64,000 nt of DNA from Eledone cirrhosa (lineage: Eukaryota): NCBI GenBank assembly GCA_964016885.1, contig OZ024743.1, positions 113,088,001 through 113,152,000 of the forward strand. The letters are read 5' to 3'. The notes under the pieces were generated by a model that ran no database searches, was not told the DNA's origin, and was given only the letters and a program-made list of their open reading frames with translations. Of the stretch, positions 28,127-40,929 are shown in pieces. The first letter of the stretch is position 1, and every line of letters starts with the position of its first letter. A program made the position numbers and the translations under genes.

Positions 28127-28347
28127 TTAACCCTTTAGCGTTTAAACCAGCCATATCCGGCCAGAATTCTCTCACCTTTTTCTGTTCAAACTGGCTGTAA
28201 CCAGCCACTCATACTGGTAATGTTCTCAAAATAAATAATATCAAAATCTCACAGATTCGATATTTTGTGAGATAATCATGTGAGGTAAAGCCTTTGCCAT
28301 GAAAATATAATAGTAACTATAGAGTAATGTAAATGCTGAAGGGTTAA
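28127..28347. mobile_element. piggyBac-type MITE (family P)
   Basis: TTAA-flanked TIRs and shared body. Confidence 0.85.
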
Positions 28348-29456
28348 ATCGACCCTGGTACTTAACTGGTATTCAATTTTACCAGCATTGATGTGCAAAA
28401 AAAAGTTGACATTGGCAATATTTGATATCAGAATGTAAAAAGCTGGAGCAAATACTACAAGTTATATCAAGACAAAGTTAACCTCAGTTCAGTTTTAACT
28501 CAGGATGCAGAGAGGTGGAATGAATACTACAAAGCATTCTATACAAATTTATAACAGCTGCTAATTTGCCACTTTAGCCACTAATATACAAATTACTCTA
28601 CACTTCTCTAAAAAATAAAACAATATACTGGCTAGCCAATTATATTTCAGATTGCTAAAACTATAAAGTATACAGAATAATGTCTCATGAATCATGTACT
28701 ACAAGAGAATTAGGCCTTTCACACAATTCTTTTAACCTATTGCTATATGATCTTCCCTCACCTCCCCCAAAATATAAACACATGCCAGTCCTATCCTCCC
28801 ACAATTTTCCAGTCACAGCTGTACAATTCCCTACACCAACACTATATCAACCACTTAGAAACCTAACTCCAAAACAACTGATCAAAGTTATCATCTACAA
28901 AAATTCTTGATCTTGCTTCTTATCTCCAACACCAGAGAATTTAATACAAGCTAAAATCACAGTAAAATAGCGTAAAACATACCACGCCTACAGAAAACAC
29001 AAATATAAGATGTTACAACACTCTTACAATATTCCCAGCACACATACAGAAAATATGTTTGTATATATGTATGTATTTATGTATGAGACCCTGATTCCTT
29101 GTTAGAACAGCATTCTAGGAGAAGGAAAACTCTGATGTAAAATCTGTGATTCAATGGCAGCCAATGATGTTGACCTGTTTTTCTTTTTGGATACCTGTCA
29201 CCATTGTTTAAAGAGTGGGTTGGTCTAATGCAAAATCTTTCTTCACTTAAAAAAACTTCAAGGTCAGGCATCACTTGATCTTAACTTCTTTCATGTATGT
29301 TGTATGAACATGACTCCCTGTAGCCGAAAAAGACTCTGTTTTCATGCCACCCATGTGTAGGGGGGTGGGTGGGGGGTCAGGTGATGGCAATTCTCAAAAT
29401 GAAGATGCAGCCATCATGTATGTATGGACTTATAAATCCTGGTGAATGACTGGCTT

Positions 29457-29689
29457 TTAACCCTTTAGCATTTAAACTGGCTGTATCTGGCCAGAATTCA
29501 TTCTCTCACTTTCTTCTGTTCAAACTGGACATAACTGGCTGCTCATACTTATGTTAAGGCATTGTTCTCAAAATAAATAACATCAAAATCTCCTAAATTC
29601 GATATTATGTGAGATAATTATGGGAGGTAAAGCCTTTACCATGAAAATACAATAGTAAATATAGAGTAATGTAAATGCTAAAAGGTTAA
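29457..29689. mobile_element. piggyBac-type MITE (family P)
   Basis: TTAA-flanked TIRs and shared body. Confidence 0.85.
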
Positions 29690-30859
29690 ATGACCACTGT
29701 GCTGCATCTAAATCATTTAACATCTGCTATCCCTGCTAGTAAGGATTCAATGGTCTACATAGACCAAGTCAGTACTGAAGTGGGGCTACTGACCTCGCAG
29801 ACCGGCTGGTGGATCTGGATCTCGCTTACATATGTATGGGCCCATAAAACAGCTAAATGCCGTCAAAGATAGTAATGAGCAAATATGCCTCAGGACATTT
29901 TTTTCATCTGCCTGTTGCCCACCTCATGGATTGACACTCTGCCAACTATTGCCTGCTGGCTTCTGTCCTGGGGCATTTTTGCCCATCGCTGTCTTTGCGG
30001 AATTTGGCTGTTTTAACAGCTATTCTATCATTGAATTTTATTATGCTCTCACCTCATCTCAACAAGAGACATTGATCTGTATTCATTTAACTTTATCATC
30101 GCTATATTAGCTTTCTATTTAGGACAGACAGCACAGCCTGATTACACTATCCTGCTCTTTTCTTTTCTTGGTCTCTTTTCACTCTTTCTCTCTCTCTCTC
30201 TCTCTCCTGCACACCCTTTCTCTCTCTCTCTCTCTCTCTCTCCTCTCCTCTGCTCTCCCTTTCTTCCTCTACTTGCTGAGGTACACTATCCTACTCTTTT
30301 CTTTTCTTTGTCTTCTTTCACCCCTCACTCTCTCTCTCTCCCACCTTTCTATTCTCCCCTCTACCAGTTGCTCCTGCTGCCACTTCCACAGACCAATATT
30401 TTACTTTCTTTTCTTATCCTTCCTATTGGTGGCTTAGTTTAGGTAAGACCTCCATTGCTTCATTCCCTGGTCTGTCTGCCTGTCCATCTGTCCATTTATT
30501 TTTCTGTTGCATGATCCAGCCTTTTTAAAATGGTCCTCTCAAATTAAATCGTGGGAAACCATTTTGCTGGTTTGAGACCTGATGAAGGTGAAGATGTGTG
30601 TGTGTGTGTGTGTGTGTGAACTTGCTTTGTACATCACCTTTCTTTATATCCGTCTCCCAGTCATTTCTGTGCATCTATACACTTTTCCTTGACCTGCTTC
30701 TCTCTCAATCTTTTCTATCTTTCATCTGCCTGTCACCCAACTCTGTGTTGACCCCTGGCTACCGTTCTCTGTTTTGAGGCATTTTTACCCATTGCTGACT
30801 TTGATGGCATTTAGCTGTTTTAACAGCTATATTCTAGCATTGAGTTTTCTCATTTTTTT

Positions 30860-30864
30860 AATGA

Positions 30865-30896
<32 letters not shown>

Positions 30897-31099
30897 GTAT
30901 ATATATAGATGTATATATATATATGTATATATGTATATATATATATATATGTGTATATATAATATATATATATGTGTGTGTATATATAATATATATATAT
31001 ATATATATGTATATATAATATATATATATATATGTGTGTGTATATATAATATATATATATATATATATGTGTATATATAATATATATATATATATACAC

Positions 31100-31137
<38 letters not shown>

Positions 31138-31251
31138 GTATATATATAGATGTGTATATATAATATATATATATATATATGTGTGTATATATAATATATA
31201 TATATATATGTGTATATATAATATATATATATATATGTGTGTATATATAAT

Positions 31252-31335
<84 letters not shown>

Positions 31336-31362
31336 ATATATATATATGTATGTATATATAAT

Positions 31363-31400
<38 letters not shown>
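30860..31400. repeat. Compound (TA)n minisatellite
   Basis: (ta)n interrupted periodically by tgtg and taat. Confidence 0.95.
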
Positions 31401-31500
31401 GGGCATCCCAAAAAATGTATACACAGAGGCTGTGCATTCTAATCAATATTGCCTGTACAGGTAATCAAAGTATGTATACATTTTGGGCTGATACCCTGTA
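31400..31500. mobile_element. Degenerate Tc1/mariner MITE
   Basis: Diverged copy of 31712-31810. Confidence 0.65.
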
Positions 31501-31647
31501 TATATAATATGAACATGGTACTTGGAAAAACTAGGTAATATTTATTGAAATTCATAGAAACTGTTATTACACAATATTCTTTAACATCTGTTTCACTTTA
31601 CACAAACAAGAATTAGCCAACATAAAATGGATACGTCTATTTCTTTT

Positions 31648-31711
<64 letters not shown>

Positions 31712-31714
<3 letters not shown>

Positions 31715-31810
31715 GGTGTCCCAAAAAATGTATACACACTTCAACAGTATTCTAATAAATATTACCTATATAGGCAATCAAAGTGTGTATGCATTTTTTG
31801 GGACACCCTG
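31712..31810. mobile_element. Tc1/mariner-type MITE (99 bp)
   Basis: TIR cagggtgtcccaaaaaatgtatacacac / gtgtgtatgcattttttgggacaccctg, inserted after TA. Confidence 0.85.
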
Positions 31811-31846
31811 TGTGTGTGTGTATATATACATATGTGTGTGTGTGGG

Positions 31847-31888
<42 letters not shown>

Positions 31889-31926
31889 GTGTGTGTGTGT
31901 GTGTATGTGTGTGTGTCTGTGTGTGT

Positions 31927-31984
<58 letters not shown>

Positions 31985-32394
31985 GTGTGTGTGTGTGTAG
32001 GATAGAGAGAAAGAGTGAATATGTATGTGTTGCTACCATTCCAGCATACTCTTGTTTTAGTCACTATTGACCAAGAAGAAATTACTGTATTTATATATAA
32101 TTTCATTAAAAGACACTGATAGTGACTGGTCAGGTTATTTAGTATGTCTGCTGTGTTTGATTTGGAAATACAAACACAAGATGATATTTAATTCTTCAAT
32201 TTCTATGTTCAATGTTTAATCATCAGCATTGTCACCACCATAATCCACATCATCAGTATCATCAAAATCATCGCCATCCTCGTTCTCGTATCAACAACCA
32301 TTAGCATCATCATCATTATCACCATCAACATCTTTATCTTTATAAATAACATTATCTTTATTCCTATCATCATGACCATTAACATCATCATTGA

Positions 32395-32427
<33 letters not shown>

Positions 32428-32508
32428 TTGCAGTGTTATATACGATGTGTGAAACACTCTCTATTCATGGTTTTAAATGTATTACGTGTTGTTATTTAGC
32501 TTCAGGTA

Positions 32509-32688
32509 GATTGGCAGTATCGGTAGAGGGTCGGACGCCATGCTTTGACGCATAGAGTTACGGCCCTTGCCATTCTGAGTTCAAATCCCGCCGAGGTTAA
32601 CTTTGCCTTTCATCCTTACGGGGTCGATAAAATAAAGTACCAGTAATGCACTGGGGTAATTGCTGGCCTTGTGCCAAAAGTAGAAACA
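32509..32688 (+). mobile_element. SINE family A with an 18-bp TSD
   Basis: gttatttagcttcaggta at 32491-32508 and 32689-32706. Confidence 0.93.
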
Positions 32689-33771
32689 GTTATTTAGCTT
32701 CAGGTAAGTTTTGATTGGGCAGTTTTATAATCAAAGGCTATCCAATTGTGACTACCCTGTCTTGCTTACAGGAATAATATACTCAATGACCACATCTATA
32801 TTATGTGTATATTGAGAGAAATAGAGTATTAGATAAAATACAGTGCAGTATGTGTTTTGGTTTTCTGTAATCTGAGTTTGAAGGTGGGGAATTGGTAGAG
32901 TCATTAGAACATCAGGTAGAATGCTTTATGTTATTCGATCTGGCTCTCTACTCTCTGAGTTCAAATCTCGCCGAGGTCAACTTTGCCTTTCATCCTTTCG
33001 AGGTCGATAAAAATAGTATCAGTTTAGTACTGGGGTCGATTTTTCCTCTATGTCTCTTTCTTATTTCCTCTCTCTCACTTTCTATATTTCTCTAGAAGAA
33101 ATCTACTGTGCTCAGGCCTGGAAAGGGATGGGCTCTGCCAGACTTAAAAATGCCCAAGAAACACTGTATGTCAATACAACGCCCCTACGACTCTATCAGG
33201 AGTTACGGGTCTAAACATACAATCTGAGTTAAATTACACTATGATGAACATCATTTTGTTTTTTCATGATTTTAGGGATTGGTAAATGAAATACCAGTCT
33301 AAGGTGATGTATTGGTAGAATTGCTGATGCATTGGATGAGTGACCTTGTGGTACCTGTTCTGGTTAATAGCAAACCCTGTAATGACACTGGTATAAGCTT
33401 CATCAACCCTTGCATGCACCTTACATTTCCATTGGACAACATTAATGGTGTGATAATAGGAATCTTGCATTTAGTAGCAACTGTAAGTTTTGCATAAAAA
33501 AAACCTTGCCCATGTCAAAATCTTGGAAAGAAACATTGAAAGTGTAGATTTATGGTCTTTCAAAACATACTAAGACACTGGTAAGTAGATAAAGAAATAT
33601 GTACAAACTTGGCCATCTGGCTAAATAGTTCACTTTGAAACCACATTGTTCAGGTTCACTCACACAGTATGACACCTTCAACAAATGTCTTCTAATGTCC
33701 ACCAAGTTGAATTAAATATCATCTTGTGTTTATATTTCCAAATAGAAATTCCTCTATTTATATATAATTTG

Positions 33772-33900
33772 TGAAAGCGCGTGGCTGAGTGGTTAGAGAA
33801 TTGGATTCGCAATCGTGAGGTTGTGATTTCGATTCCCAGATCGGTCAATGCGTTATGTCCTTGAGCAAGACATTTTATTTCACGTTGCTCCTTCTGCCTG
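33772..33900 (+). mobile_element. Second tRNA-derived SINE family (CORE/V-like body)
   Basis: gcgtggctgagtggttag (A box), ttcgattccc (B box), tgtccttgagcaagacattttatttcacgttgctcc. Confidence 0.75.
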
Positions 33901-34590
33901 GAGTTACGACCGACAGATAGAATTAGCAATTGGAAAGACCAATGGAAACATTGTTTCCTCGGTCCGATTTGCCTAGCTCCATCTCACATGTTAAGCGAAT
34001 GAGGTCTGGAATCTTGTCGATCGACTATGGATATAGAATTTCATTAAAAGTCGTCTCAGATAGTGACTGTGTAATTGGTCAGGTTATTTAGTATGTCTGC
34101 TGTATTTGATTTGGAAATATAAAAACAAGATGACATTTAATTCTTCAATTTCTATGATCAATGTTTAATCCTCAGCATTGAATGTACAAGGAAATGGTTT
34201 ATCTGTCTGTGTCCCATGATGATGACGATAGTGCAACAGACAGCGGCGATGTTGATGGTGATGGCAGGGTAGTAAGAATTTGTGTTTGTGTGGGAGTAGT
34301 TGTTGGAAAACGGTTTATAAAATTTAAATCTAATTTTAATTCCAAAGAGAAGAAACTGAAACATTTTTCTCTGAGAGTTCCTTACACTTTGAAGAAGGGA
34401 ATTTTAAATCCTGTAATATTAGGATGAAAGAAACAACAGCAACAACAACAAAACAAAGATTGCCAGGTAACTAATTGTTTCGTTACTTTCATCTTATCGT
34501 CCATTTTGCATTGTTTAGCCTTATATTACTTTCCACATGATATAAAAATATTTGTATTTGTGTGCGCATAGCAATGGTGGTTTATCACCA

Positions 34591-34787
34591 TAATAATTGT
34601 TTCTACTTTTGGCACAAGGCCAGCAATTATCTCAGTGCATTACTGGTACTTTATTTTATCGACGCCATAAGGATGAAGGGCATAGTTAACCTTGGTGGGA
34701 TTTTAACTCAGAACGCAAAGGGCCGTAACTCTATTATGCCGCTAAGCATGTTGTCTGACGCTCTACCGATTCTGCCAAACCACTGCC
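34591..34787 (-). mobile_element. SINE family A (diverged)
   Basis: Head-core-tail match. Confidence 0.85.
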
Positions 34788-34879
34788 ATTAATAATAATA
34801 GCAATAATAAAATTGATTTATTTAAATATAAGTTTATTTGAACATAATTGAAGTTATTTTATTTATAATATTTTCTAAA

Positions 34880-35368
34880 ATAAAAAGAGAAAAAAGAAAG
34901 AAGAGGGAAAGGAAAAAAGAGAAAAAAGAAAGAAGAGGGAATGGAAAAAAGAGAAATAAGAAGAGGGAAAGGAAAAAAGAGAAATAAGAAGAGGGAAAGG
35001 AAAAAAGAGAAATAAGAAAGAAGAGGGAAAGGAAAAAAAGAGAAATAAGAAAGAAGAGGGAAAGGAAAAAAGAGAAATAAGAAAGAAGAGGGAAAGGAAA
35101 AAAGAGAAATAAGAAAGAAGAGGGAAAGGAAAAAAGAGGAATAAGAAAGAAGAGGGAAATGAAAAAAGAGAAATAAGAAAGAAGAGGGAAAGGAAAAAAG
35201 AGAAAGAAGAAAGAAGAGGGAAATGAAAAAAGAGAAATAAGAAAGAAGAGGGAAAAGAAAAAAGAGAAATAAGAAAGAAGAGGGAAAGGAAAAAAGAGAA
35301 ATAAGAAAGAAGAGGGAAAGGAAAAAAGAGAAATAAGAAAGAAGAGGGAAAGGAAAAAGAGAAAAAAT
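34880..35368. repeat. Purine-rich ~32-bp minisatellite (~15 units)
   Basis: Unit agaaataagaaagaagagggaaaggaaaaaag. Confidence 0.92.
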
Positions 35369-35389
35369 ATACAAGCAGGTAATACACAC

Positions 35390-37480
35390 ATCTAGAACCA
35401 CGTACAACACAAAAGCAGGTAATACACACACCTGGGACCACATACAACAAAAAGCAAGCGAAAGTGGTGGACAAATGAACCGCTACCAGAACAAAAGATA
35501 ACAATATCGCGAGGAGCACTGGAAAACCTCTCTAATAATTTTTGTGGCAAGCCAAACATTCACAGTGTTACCTTGGGTGATGGTGAGGCTGATGTGCTGG
35601 AATAGCCAAGCGCCTTCATGAGCATCACCAGTTACCTCGTTAGGCGAGCCGCCAGTGAAAACAAGAACTTCGCAGTTAGCAGCCCAACTTCCCCAAATGT
35701 CTCGAACGCCACAGGCTGAAAAAGGTAGTTAATTGACAGATCTCAGTATTTCAAAATTTTGTTCCGTTCAGCTACAGAAGCTGTAGCTCTCGTCCTAACG
35801 GCAGCACCCAGGATGTGGGAAGAAGCAAAAAAGTCACTAACTGTGACATCCCAGGTAAGACACCTGCCTCTTATCCAGGGGCACAGGGTAAGACCGTCAG
35901 GTGTTTTCCCATCAATTCTGGACAACTCAATTGAGGGGATGTTTGCCCAGGCCAAAGCTCTCTTGATGATGAAGTTTACCTTAGTGTGACGCTTGAAGTG
36001 ACTTGCATTCAGGCAGCAAGATAGATCGTGAAGGCCTGTGGAGTCAAGGAGCCTACCGTACCAACATTACAGACCCGTAGAGACATCCGCTACCACTCTG
36101 AGGGCAATGGAAACACGAAGCTCGTCCAAGTTGAGTAGGCCATCAACGTTAGCTATGGGTAGGGCATCAACCCTGCCACCTGAGTATTCGATGATGGCAG
36201 ACAGTAAGCGGCACCTTGAGAATTGGTCTAACTGGTCGAAGAGAGAGTCAAAGGTGGCCTTCAAATGTATGTTGTCTCAAACTTTTTGTCTCCATTTGTC
36301 AGGAAGATAAACCCAACTCACTCCATCACAGAAGAGCTTCAACCATCTCTACGTTGGAACATAGTCCAAGTTAGAAAGGAGAGGATATTGCTCACCAGGG
36401 TGGAGCAAGCATGGGTGGAGGAAAGGAAGCAAGAGATAGAGAGGGATGAGCATTTACGTAGAGCAAGACCATCAAATCGCTTGGGCGATGCAGCCTGACC
36501 ACGGGACTCTGGAGAGAGTCTGACATTGACCAAGCACTCGAGTCTCTCGAAGATTAGGTCGTCAAAATGATGGGAATGAAAATCTGTGATGGGGCTTGAT
36601 TGCCTCAATGTTCTTCAAAAATTGCTCAAGGCTATTGGAATGGAAAATTGACTCAAATTCAAAGTCTGTGATTGGGGATGGTGATGGGGGAGGGACTGCA
36701 ATGGAAGGGAAGGACTCTGCAAGCAGGTCAATTGTCTGCTGATGTTAAAAAGCTGGGTGGTTGAGAATCCAGAGCTCACATTTGGAGCTATTGACCTGGA
36801 GACCCCGACGACCAAGCTCCTCAATAATTTTGTTAGCAGTTGTGAGAACCCTATCAGGAGGTCTCTCCAAACAAGTGTCATCAAGATGTCAAACATTTAG
36901 ATTTAGCTCAAACCCCATCTTGATGTCATCAATTCCCAGTGCAAACAGGGTCACCCAGTTGAACGCCTGAGGCAGAAATGATGATTTGGTCACCAAACAA
37001 GAGGTGGTAGGGCTCCCGATAAGCCTGCCAAGCAAAATGGTAGAGTTGTGGGATCCTCTCTCTTACTGAGCTGAGGACAATATTGCACTTGATGGATTTG
37101 AAGGTGTTCTTCAGATCAAGTTTGAAGATGACCCTGGGGGACATGGAGGGCAAGTTGGTAAAGGCTCTGGTAGTATGGACTGCAGCCTCACATCTTAGCT
37201 TGGTACCCACCCCTAGCTGAATGGGTGAAAATTCCTCTGACAGTGAATTAGAGACCAATAGCAAACACACCTTTGCAGTAAAACAATGAAGTGTGCAACC
37301 AACCACAGGTCTCCTTTGGGCTTTGTGAGTCCGAATAATTTTGCACCGAAGAACAGTAGACGGATATAGGATATAGGATATAGAACGTTTTCTAAAGAGA
37401 ACTGATTCACAAACTGAGTCAGACTCTCTAAGAACTTGAATCTTACATGAGGTGTTGAGGTCGTAGACCGTAAATCCCCG
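35390..37480 (-). mobile_element. Decayed CRE-like RLE non-LTR retrotransposon (RT + RLE)
   Basis: IQLGVGTKLRCEAAVHTTR..KLDLKNTF..SGVQLGDP; PKRFDGLAL; LDELRVSIALR; DGKTPDGLTLCPWIRGRCLTWDVTV (PD..D RLE). Many frameshifts. Confidence 0.88.
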
Positions 37481-37619
37481 CGTCAGAACCAGTGGGGAAG
37501 GATGCAATCGCCTTTCTAATGTTATCAGTGGTGTAGATCGGACTTGAGTATTCTGGTGGTTCAGGCCTGTGTAACTGGTAAAATGGAGAAGAATGTTATG
37601 TATGTATGTATGTATGTAT

Positions 37620-37925
37620 GTATGTATGTCAGGTCACCACTTGGTGCTACTGGTAACATGTATCCCAGTACAACCTGTCTCATGGTCGGGTCGTTGGCGA
37701 CTAAACTGGCAACCCCACTAAGGTTTCTTGGTGAGGAGGGTGACTTTGGACATCCTGCAGGACTAAAAACAAAACCTGTCAAAGGGCAAAGGAGCTCTTA
37801 AGAGTCAATGGCCATCCAAAATCACCGGGAGAGATGACCCCTTAGCCTTTGTCAAGGCAGAATTCTAGGAGAAGGAAAACTCTGATATAACACCTGCAAC
37901 CCTGATGGTATCCAATGATGTTGAC
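37620..37925 (+). repeat. Dispersed repeat (probably a LINE 5' UTR or SINE)
   Basis: ttctaggagaaggaaaactctgat also at about 29112; aaaacc.gtcaaagggca...aagagtcaa.ggccatc also at about 63367. Confidence 0.5.
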
Positions 37926-39273
37926 TTGTTCTTCTTTTTGGTAAATATCATCTTGGTTAAGAGAGTGGGACTGGCTTTGTGCAGTGCCTTTGCTCACTAT
38001 AAAAGCTTCACGGCACAGGCATTGCTTTGTATCTGGAGATCTCTCTGCACTTGTCATTACATGGTACCATGGGCCCAGCACTATGTGTCAATAATTGTCA
38101 CAAGTGTAGTGTTTGTACCAGAGTTTTCAAGTTGCTGGCTGGACTAAAAAGTCACACTCGTTCAGCGTATCGGTAGGGGTTCTCCTACATGGATATAAAG
38201 TAGTGGCCGTACTCGAAAACGAGTTGGCAGCCACCATGTATGTATGTATGTATGTGCGTATGTGGGGGGGGGGGTGCATATTAAAATATTAAAGTATATT
38301 TAGCTGTAGTTTATATTTCTGAATAAAAATATTTTGTTTATTCGTATTTGATCTATGGTATTGTCTGGGCAAAGATAAAGTGAGAAGACTTGGAATTTGG
38401 GGGTCTTATTGTTTGCACATAAGTCTAAATGTCCACTTATTTATACACATACACACAGGTTGTTTGGAACGTAACTTAACAAATATTCTGAAATATTTTG
38501 AGGGAAGGTTGTATCATAGAGCCAGTGGTCTTTCAAGGTGATTTGGAACATAACTTAAGAAATGTTGTTACGCGTGCGAGTGTGCATACATATATACATA
38601 CACATACTTACCTATCTATCAATTTAAACCCCCCCCCCCTCTCTCTCTCTCATATATATATATAATTTTTTGTTAACCTATTTAGCTTGATTCGTTTTTT
38701 CGGCTCCGGTGGCTGTTGACATCACAACCACTGTTTTCATTTTATTTGACCTTTATAACACATGTTAATTGCTCTGATTTCTTCTTAGTCCATTGAGCGC
38801 TTGCCGGCATATCTCGAAGATTGCGTTTCGTTTTGTTTTGGCCACAGACGAAATACGATCTCGCTGAAATTATATTTTTACACAATTAGACAGGTTATTT
38901 GGAACGTAATTTAACAAAAGTTCTTACATAACATCTCGCTCTCTTTCTATTTCTCTATCTACATCTATAGACGGCCGATTGAACAGGGATTTCGATCCTA
39001 GAAATAGGTAGTAGCTTAACCACTACCATCTTAGTCGATACATCGATCTTCAACGATCAATCGACCCTAGGAAACGATCGTGAAGCGAAGAACTAACTTT
39101 TTTTGTTTGTTCTATACACACACACGCACGCACGCACGCACGCACGCACGCACACACGCACACACGCACACAGACACACGTGTGCATGTGTGTCTGTCTG
39201 TCACACAGACAGACAGACACACAGACAGACAGACAGACACAGACAGACACGCACACAGACAGACACGCACACG

Positions 39274-39317
<44 letters not shown>

Positions 39318-39569
39318 TGTCGTGTGTGTGTGTGTGTGTGTCTGCTCCTCTCTCTCTTCAAATCTAATTACATATTCCTTATTGTGGAATAGAAAGTATC
39401 AAGTGAAATGAATACCCAACAACAAAATAAGATTTAGAAGCCATAGCCATATGGTAGAAATCAGGATTAGAAATGAAAATATTTTGTAATGCAAACGTTA
39501 TTTTGGTAGTGAAATGTAACGTTATTTACTGTCACTTCGAAAATATATACTGTATATGTATATTTCAGA

Positions 39570-39790
39570 ACGTACTTGGACCTCCGTACTGCCGAGTTTC
39601 TCAGCAAGTTCAGAGCGTTGGCGGTCCGTCTGAGGAGGGAGCCCCGTGAAGTTGGGTGGTTGTTGCAGCGGGTGTCACTGGCCATCGTCCTGGGGAATGC
39701 TTTTGCCATTTTGTCCGCAGGGCGTAGGACTCCTGCCTCCCTGCCCTAGACCCAAAGCCCAATCCCCCCTCTGCACCCCATCTCTTCTGC
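39570..39790 (+). mobile_element. CRE-like 3' fragment
   Basis: LGPPYC../..VGWLLQRVSLAIVLGNAFAILSAG homologous to 26520-26862. Confidence 0.78.
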
Positions 39791-39936
39791 GACACCGTTC
39801 TTTTTTTTCTTTCTTTCTCTCTCTCTCTCTTTTTTTTTTTTCTATTTTCCTTATTCTTTCTTTCCTTTTTTCCCCCCCTTTTTTTAATTTTTTCTTACTA
39901 AATAAGGTTTGTTTTTTGCTTTTGAATAAATTCATC

Positions 39937-40509
39937 AATGGCTTTCAGAGCCATCCTCAGCATTCTTGTGTAGCACCCATCCACCATCTGAGTGAGTTTC
40001 TTGGTCAGTGTCCAAGTCTCAGACCCGTACAGTACCACAGACTTCACTACAGCAATGAAGAGGCGGGTGTTCAGGTCTTTACGAAGGTCCGACTCAAGCT
40101 GTGGCACGCCGCCCAGGCCTTGCTCTTCCTCTCAACCACATCATCTTCCGTATTCCCAATCTTTGCTCCCAAATACAGGACATTAATCAGTATACACGGA
40201 GGATGAAAAACTCACAGCTGTATGGGAGCCTCCCACAAGTCAGCTCAAAAGTGACACAGAGGAGACTGAGGTTAGCTGGACATGCTCACCGGCATCCAGA
40301 GTTGACATCGCACTCAGTGCTCCTGTGGGAGCCCCTACATGGACACACTGTAACAGGAAGACCAAGGTTAACGTATGTTGATGCCCTAAGGACAAACACT
40401 GGTCTGTTGGAGACGCAGGACATGGCAGCGATAATGGGGGACAGAGACCGCTGGAGAAAACTCGTCCATGAATCTCGGGAATTTTACCCGCTCTAGAATG
40501 GCTTTCAGA
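39937..40509. mobile_element. 5'-truncated, 5'-inverted RTE-clade LINE with a 13-bp TSD
   Basis: Minus strand ...VLYGSETWTLT...DGCYTRMLRMAL continues on + as DINQY..LYGSLPQVS..RRLRLAGH..GRPRLTYVD. aatggctttcaga occurs at both ends. Confidence 0.88.
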
Positions 40510-40929
40510 ACTGGAAATAACGTTGTTGAGAACAATTTAAAGAAACATTTATTTCCAAGTGATATAAATGTATTAAACGTAGAGGACAGAGTTATTTGTC
40601 ATGACTATAAAATCTTAAATAAAAGGACACAAAGGAAAAAGAAAAAAATGATGATGAGAGTGACTAAACTCAGCAGTAGCAGTTATCTAGCAAGTGTATT
40701 GTAATGTTATTTACTGTCACTTTGCTACCAAATGAGCATGGCTTATCTACACACACTCCATCCATTCTTCTGCCCCTTTATCCCTCCCTCTACACTCCAA
40801 TTCTCCTATTCTTCCCATACCACCCTCTTTCTACTTCTCCCTCACACCACCCCTACACACATACCAATCGCCCCCACACTCTCCCCATTTTCAATTTCCC
40901 GTCATTACCTCCTACATCTCGAATTAAAT

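Noticed and set aside
34834-35519. Long Phe/Ser/Leu-rich 'membrane protein' ORFs
   Set aside because: Translation of the 32-bp purine/pyrimidine minisatellite.
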